Assembly: GCA_049322915.1 (NCBI GenBank)
Contig: JBMOPW010000014.1
Coordinates: 637,527-701,526 of the forward strand
DNA from: Candidatus Zhuqueibacterota bacterium
GTDB lineage: Bacteria > Zhuqueibacterota > Zhuqueibacteria > Thermofontimicrobiales > Thermofontimicrobiaceae
Direction: 5' to 3'
Length of the DNA: 64,000 nucleotides
Part shown: in pieces, positions 61,235-64,000 of the stretch
Numbering within the stretch: the stretch's first letter is position 1
How the letters are laid out: each line of letters opens with the position of its first letter
Program-made: the position numbers and the translations under genes
The notes under the pieces: generated by a model
Seen by the model: the letters and a program-made list of their open reading frames with translations, nothing else
Databases searched by the model: none
What the model was told of the DNA's origin: nothing

Positions 61235-61557
61235 AACGAGGATTTCCGGATGCAAAATCCATCGGTATGCCACTCAAAGGTTAACATGCTATTACATCCG
61301 TTTTATGCGTCGCTATACAGGCATGTAGTCTTGCCGAATCCGCAAAAAGAAAATTCGTTCTCCGACTCGACATACCGTCTCTCTCCCTTGTATTTCCACA
61401 GTGATTATCTCTTCGCACCCTCTGCCGGTGAATGACTATTAAGATTTCTTAAGAAATGGGAATTAGCTTGACTAAAGAGAAAAAGATTAGTATTATTGTA
61501 TGCTTTTTTTGAAAGATATAAGAATTCTTTTGCCGAACAACGACAAGGAGAAGTTTC

Positions 61558-63918
61558 ATGGATCAGCAACACGAACGACAAGCAAATATTTATGATTATA
61601 TACGAATGTTCTATAAAGGACGATGGATTATCCTCATTTCATTTTTGACCGTCTTTGGATTTGTAACCTACTATACGTTCACCACAGCTCCTACCTACCA
61701 GGCAACCGCCAAGGTGATGATCAAAGAAAATAAGAATCAGATATTCAACGCCTTTTCTGGTAACTATTTTGAAAAAGATAAAATCATCAATAATCAGGTC
61801 GAGATTTTAAAAAGCCGGACATTGGCCGAAAGAGTGGTTGTCAAATTGCAGAAATCTGAAAGAGCGAACCGGCTGAGAGTTTTGGGCTATATCCCTGAAA
61901 GTGAAAAAAGTCGTTTCAGCTTCAAATCAAAGATAAAGAAATTTGTCGCCGGGTTCTGGGGCTCTGAAAATGGCGACTCAACAGGGAGCGCCGACCATGA
62001 AATGCAAAATCCTGTGGAGCGATATGCTGAATCGTTGCGTACGTCGGTGAACGTCCAGCCGATTCGGAACACGGATATGATTGAAATCAGCGTCACAGGC
62101 TCATCGCCGGAGGAGGCAGCATACATTACTAATGCAGTCGCTTTGGTCTATCAGGAACAAAATCAAATGGAGAGCCAGGAAGAGGTCAAAAAAGTCAAGG
62201 ACTTCCTGTCCGAACAATTGAAAATTTTCCAGGCGCAGCTTCAGCAATCCGAGCAGGAATTGAAACAGTATAAAGAACAAGAAAAAATGGTAGCTCTGCC
62301 TCAGGAGATTGAGGAAATGGTCAGCAAACTTGCAGAGTTTGAAACGCTGTACCATGAGGCAGACCTTGAATTGAGTTCGAATCGGAAACGCCTCTCCTAT
62401 ATTGACGATCAACTCAATGAGAATAAACAAAATCTGAACATGGAGAACATTCTCACGGCTCCGTACTTGCAACAATTGCTGACACAGATGGCTGAGTTGG
62501 AGTCGAAAAAAGCGAAATATATTTCCAGCCTGATCAATGAGAATGTGTACGACCCGGACAATCAGACCGTAAAAAACTATGAAGAACAAAAAAAGGTATT
62601 AGCGGATAAGCTCAAGGATGGGATAACACAATTGGCAGCGGCAGAGACTGGCGATCCCATCACCCTTTCGGAAACCCTGTTCCAGCGGAAAATTGAAATC
62701 GAAGCGACGATTCAATCTTTACTGCCCAAAGTATCGGCGCTTAAAAAAATTGTTGACGAATACAGTCAGAGTCTCGAGACGGTTCCGGAGCGAAGCTTGA
62801 AATTGGCGCGATTGGAGCGCTCCGCACGACTTGATGAAAAAATTACGTTGATGATGAAAGAGAAATACGAAGAGTCGAGAATTTCAGAAGTCGGCCAATT
62901 GGGCAATGTTCGAATTATTGATCCGGCAAAACCGGTCCATGCGCCAATTAAACCCAAGAAAAAAATGAATCTCATCATGGGAGTGATATTGGGGCTCGGG
63001 CTTGGCGTTGGAATAACATTCATGCTGGAATACTTCGATAATTCTGTGCGTTCGGTCGAGGATGTTGAGAGAGCCGGGATTCCCATATTAGGGTCGATTC
63101 CAGTGATCAAACTCGAAGAAGCGGCCAGGAAAATTCAGCAAAGCCGGAAACTTGAATCTGGTAAATCTCCATTGAATCCTCATGAGGCGCGCACGATTGC
63201 CGGCCGGCTCATCACACATTTTGCGCCCAAGTCCCCGATCTCCGAGGCCTACCGCAGTTTACGTACAAGCATTCAATACGCCAAAGCGGACACGCCCATC
63301 AAAACGATCGTTGTCACGAGCCCCGGCCCGCAGGAAGGGAAATCCACGACGGTTGCTAATCTGGCAATCACCATCGCGCAGATGGGTACGCGCGTGCTGC
63401 TCGTGGATACGGATTTGCGCCGGCCAGTGCTGCATTCCATCTTCAATCTCAATCGCTCCAAAGGTATTTCCAATTATTTAATAGGGAAAATACCTATTGA
63501 TGAAGCGATTTTTAAGACTGACATCGATAATCTGTACTTGATGCCATGCGGAACATTGCCGCCCAATCCGTCTGAATTGCTGGGTTCCAAGGCGATGCAA
63601 AAATGTATTGCTGAACTCCGGGAGATGTTCGATATTGTCTTGTTCGATAGCCCGCCGGTTATGGCTGTGACCGATGCGGCGGTGCTCAGTTCCGGAGTGG
63701 ATGGATTGATTTTAGTGGTTAAATCCGGGCAGACCGATAGAAACGCCATTGCGCGGAGTTATGAAATCCTGAAGAACATACCGAACAACATTCTCGGCGC
63801 GTTATTGAACGTGGTCAATGTGGAAGGCGTCTACGGATCGTATTATTACTATTATTATCACTATTATTACTACGGAAAAGATGGCACCAAAAAGTCCCGC
63901 AGAATCAAACGGGCATAG
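61558..63918 (+). CDS. Polysaccharide co-polymerase / tyrosine autokinase (Wzc/GumC family)
   Basis: Two TM helices, periplasmic coiled coil, SEAYRSLRT, Walker A GPQEGKST, DTDLRRP, DSPP, C-terminal Tyr cluster. Confidence 0.93.
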   Translation: MDQQHERQANIYDYIRMFYKGRWIILISFLTVFGFVTYYTFTTAPTYQATAKVMIKENKNQIFNAFSGNYFEKDKIINNQVEILKSRTLAERVVVKLQKSERANRLRVLGYIPESEKSRFSFKSKIKKFVAGFWGSENGDSTGSADHEMQNPVERYAESLRTSVNVQPIRNTDMIEISVTGSSPEEAAYITNAVALVYQEQNQMESQEEVKKVKDFLSEQLKIFQAQLQQSEQELKQYKEQEKMVALPQEIEEMVSKLAEFETLYHEADLELSSNRKRLSYIDDQLNENKQNLNMENILTAPYLQQLLTQMAELESKKAKYISSLINENVYDPDNQTVKNYEEQKKVLADKLKDGITQLAAAETGDPITLSETLFQRKIEIEATIQSLLPKVSALKKIVDEYSQSLETVPERSLKLARLERSARLDEKITLMMKEKYEESRISEVGQLGNVRIIDPAKPVHAPIKPKKKMNLIMGVILGLGLGVGITFMLEYFDNSVRSVEDVERAGIPILGSIPVIKLEEAARKIQQSRKLESGKSPLNPHEARTIAGRLITHFAPKSPISEAYRSLRTSIQYAKADTPIKTIVVTSPGPQEGKSTTVANLAITIAQMGTRVLLVDTDLRRPVLHSIFNLNRSKGISNYLIGKIPIDEAIFKTDIDNLYLMPCGTLPPNPSELLGSKAMQKCIAELREMFDIVLFDSPPVMAVTDAAVLSSGVDGLILVVKSGQTDRNAIARSYEILKNIPNNILGALLNVVNVEGVYGSYYYYYYHYYYYGKDGTKKSRRIKRA

Positions 63919-64000
63919 CCAGAGGAAATAAATGAGTAGCAGTCAAAAATCTGTTGCGGTGAACGTCCAGGAAAAACATGGAACGCGGATGACGCTTTTT

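Noticed and set aside
63841..63873. TAT/TAC microsatellite-like tract
   Set aside because: Encodes the normal C-terminal tyrosine cluster of a Wzc-type kinase

Overview
Gram-negative bacterial chromosome segment. The uppS-tamB-like-bamA-skp-lpxD-lpxC/fabZ fusion-lpxA order suggests the FCB superphylum, perhaps a KSB1- or Calditrichota-like lineage (inference). The right two-thirds is mostly housekeeping: iscR-like/iscS/mnmA, panBC, waaA, mtnA, lipid A and BAM genes, dxr, rseP, gcvT, ftsK, lolA and wzc. The left end holds a cell-envelope cluster (TPR-SLH lipoprotein, LPP20-like, FlgT-N-like), tRNA-Gly(CCC) and clpB-trxA behind a sigma54-type promoter. The most unusual region is a co-oriented minus-strand glutamate/redox cluster at 6.9-20.7 kb. 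It encodes a NuoE-like subunit, a thioredoxin-like ferredoxin, a NuoF(HydB)-GltD fusion, a catalytic-domain-less HydA/NuoG N-terminal Fe-S protein with a Cys-rich tail, and a stand-alone glutamate-synthase FMN barrel lacking the amidotransferase partner and 3Fe-4S motif. These are followed by a split pair (PPDK-like ATP-grasp protein plus receiver-domain protein, with no histidine kinase) and a large GDH2-type NAD glutamate dehydrogenase. Intergenic DNA is rich in non-autonomous elements: two inverted copies of a 161-bp MITE with 4-bp target duplications, a 100-bp TTAA-flanked MITE, nested inverted-repeat structures and REP-like palindromes. No transposase, prophage, rRNA or CRISPR array was seen.
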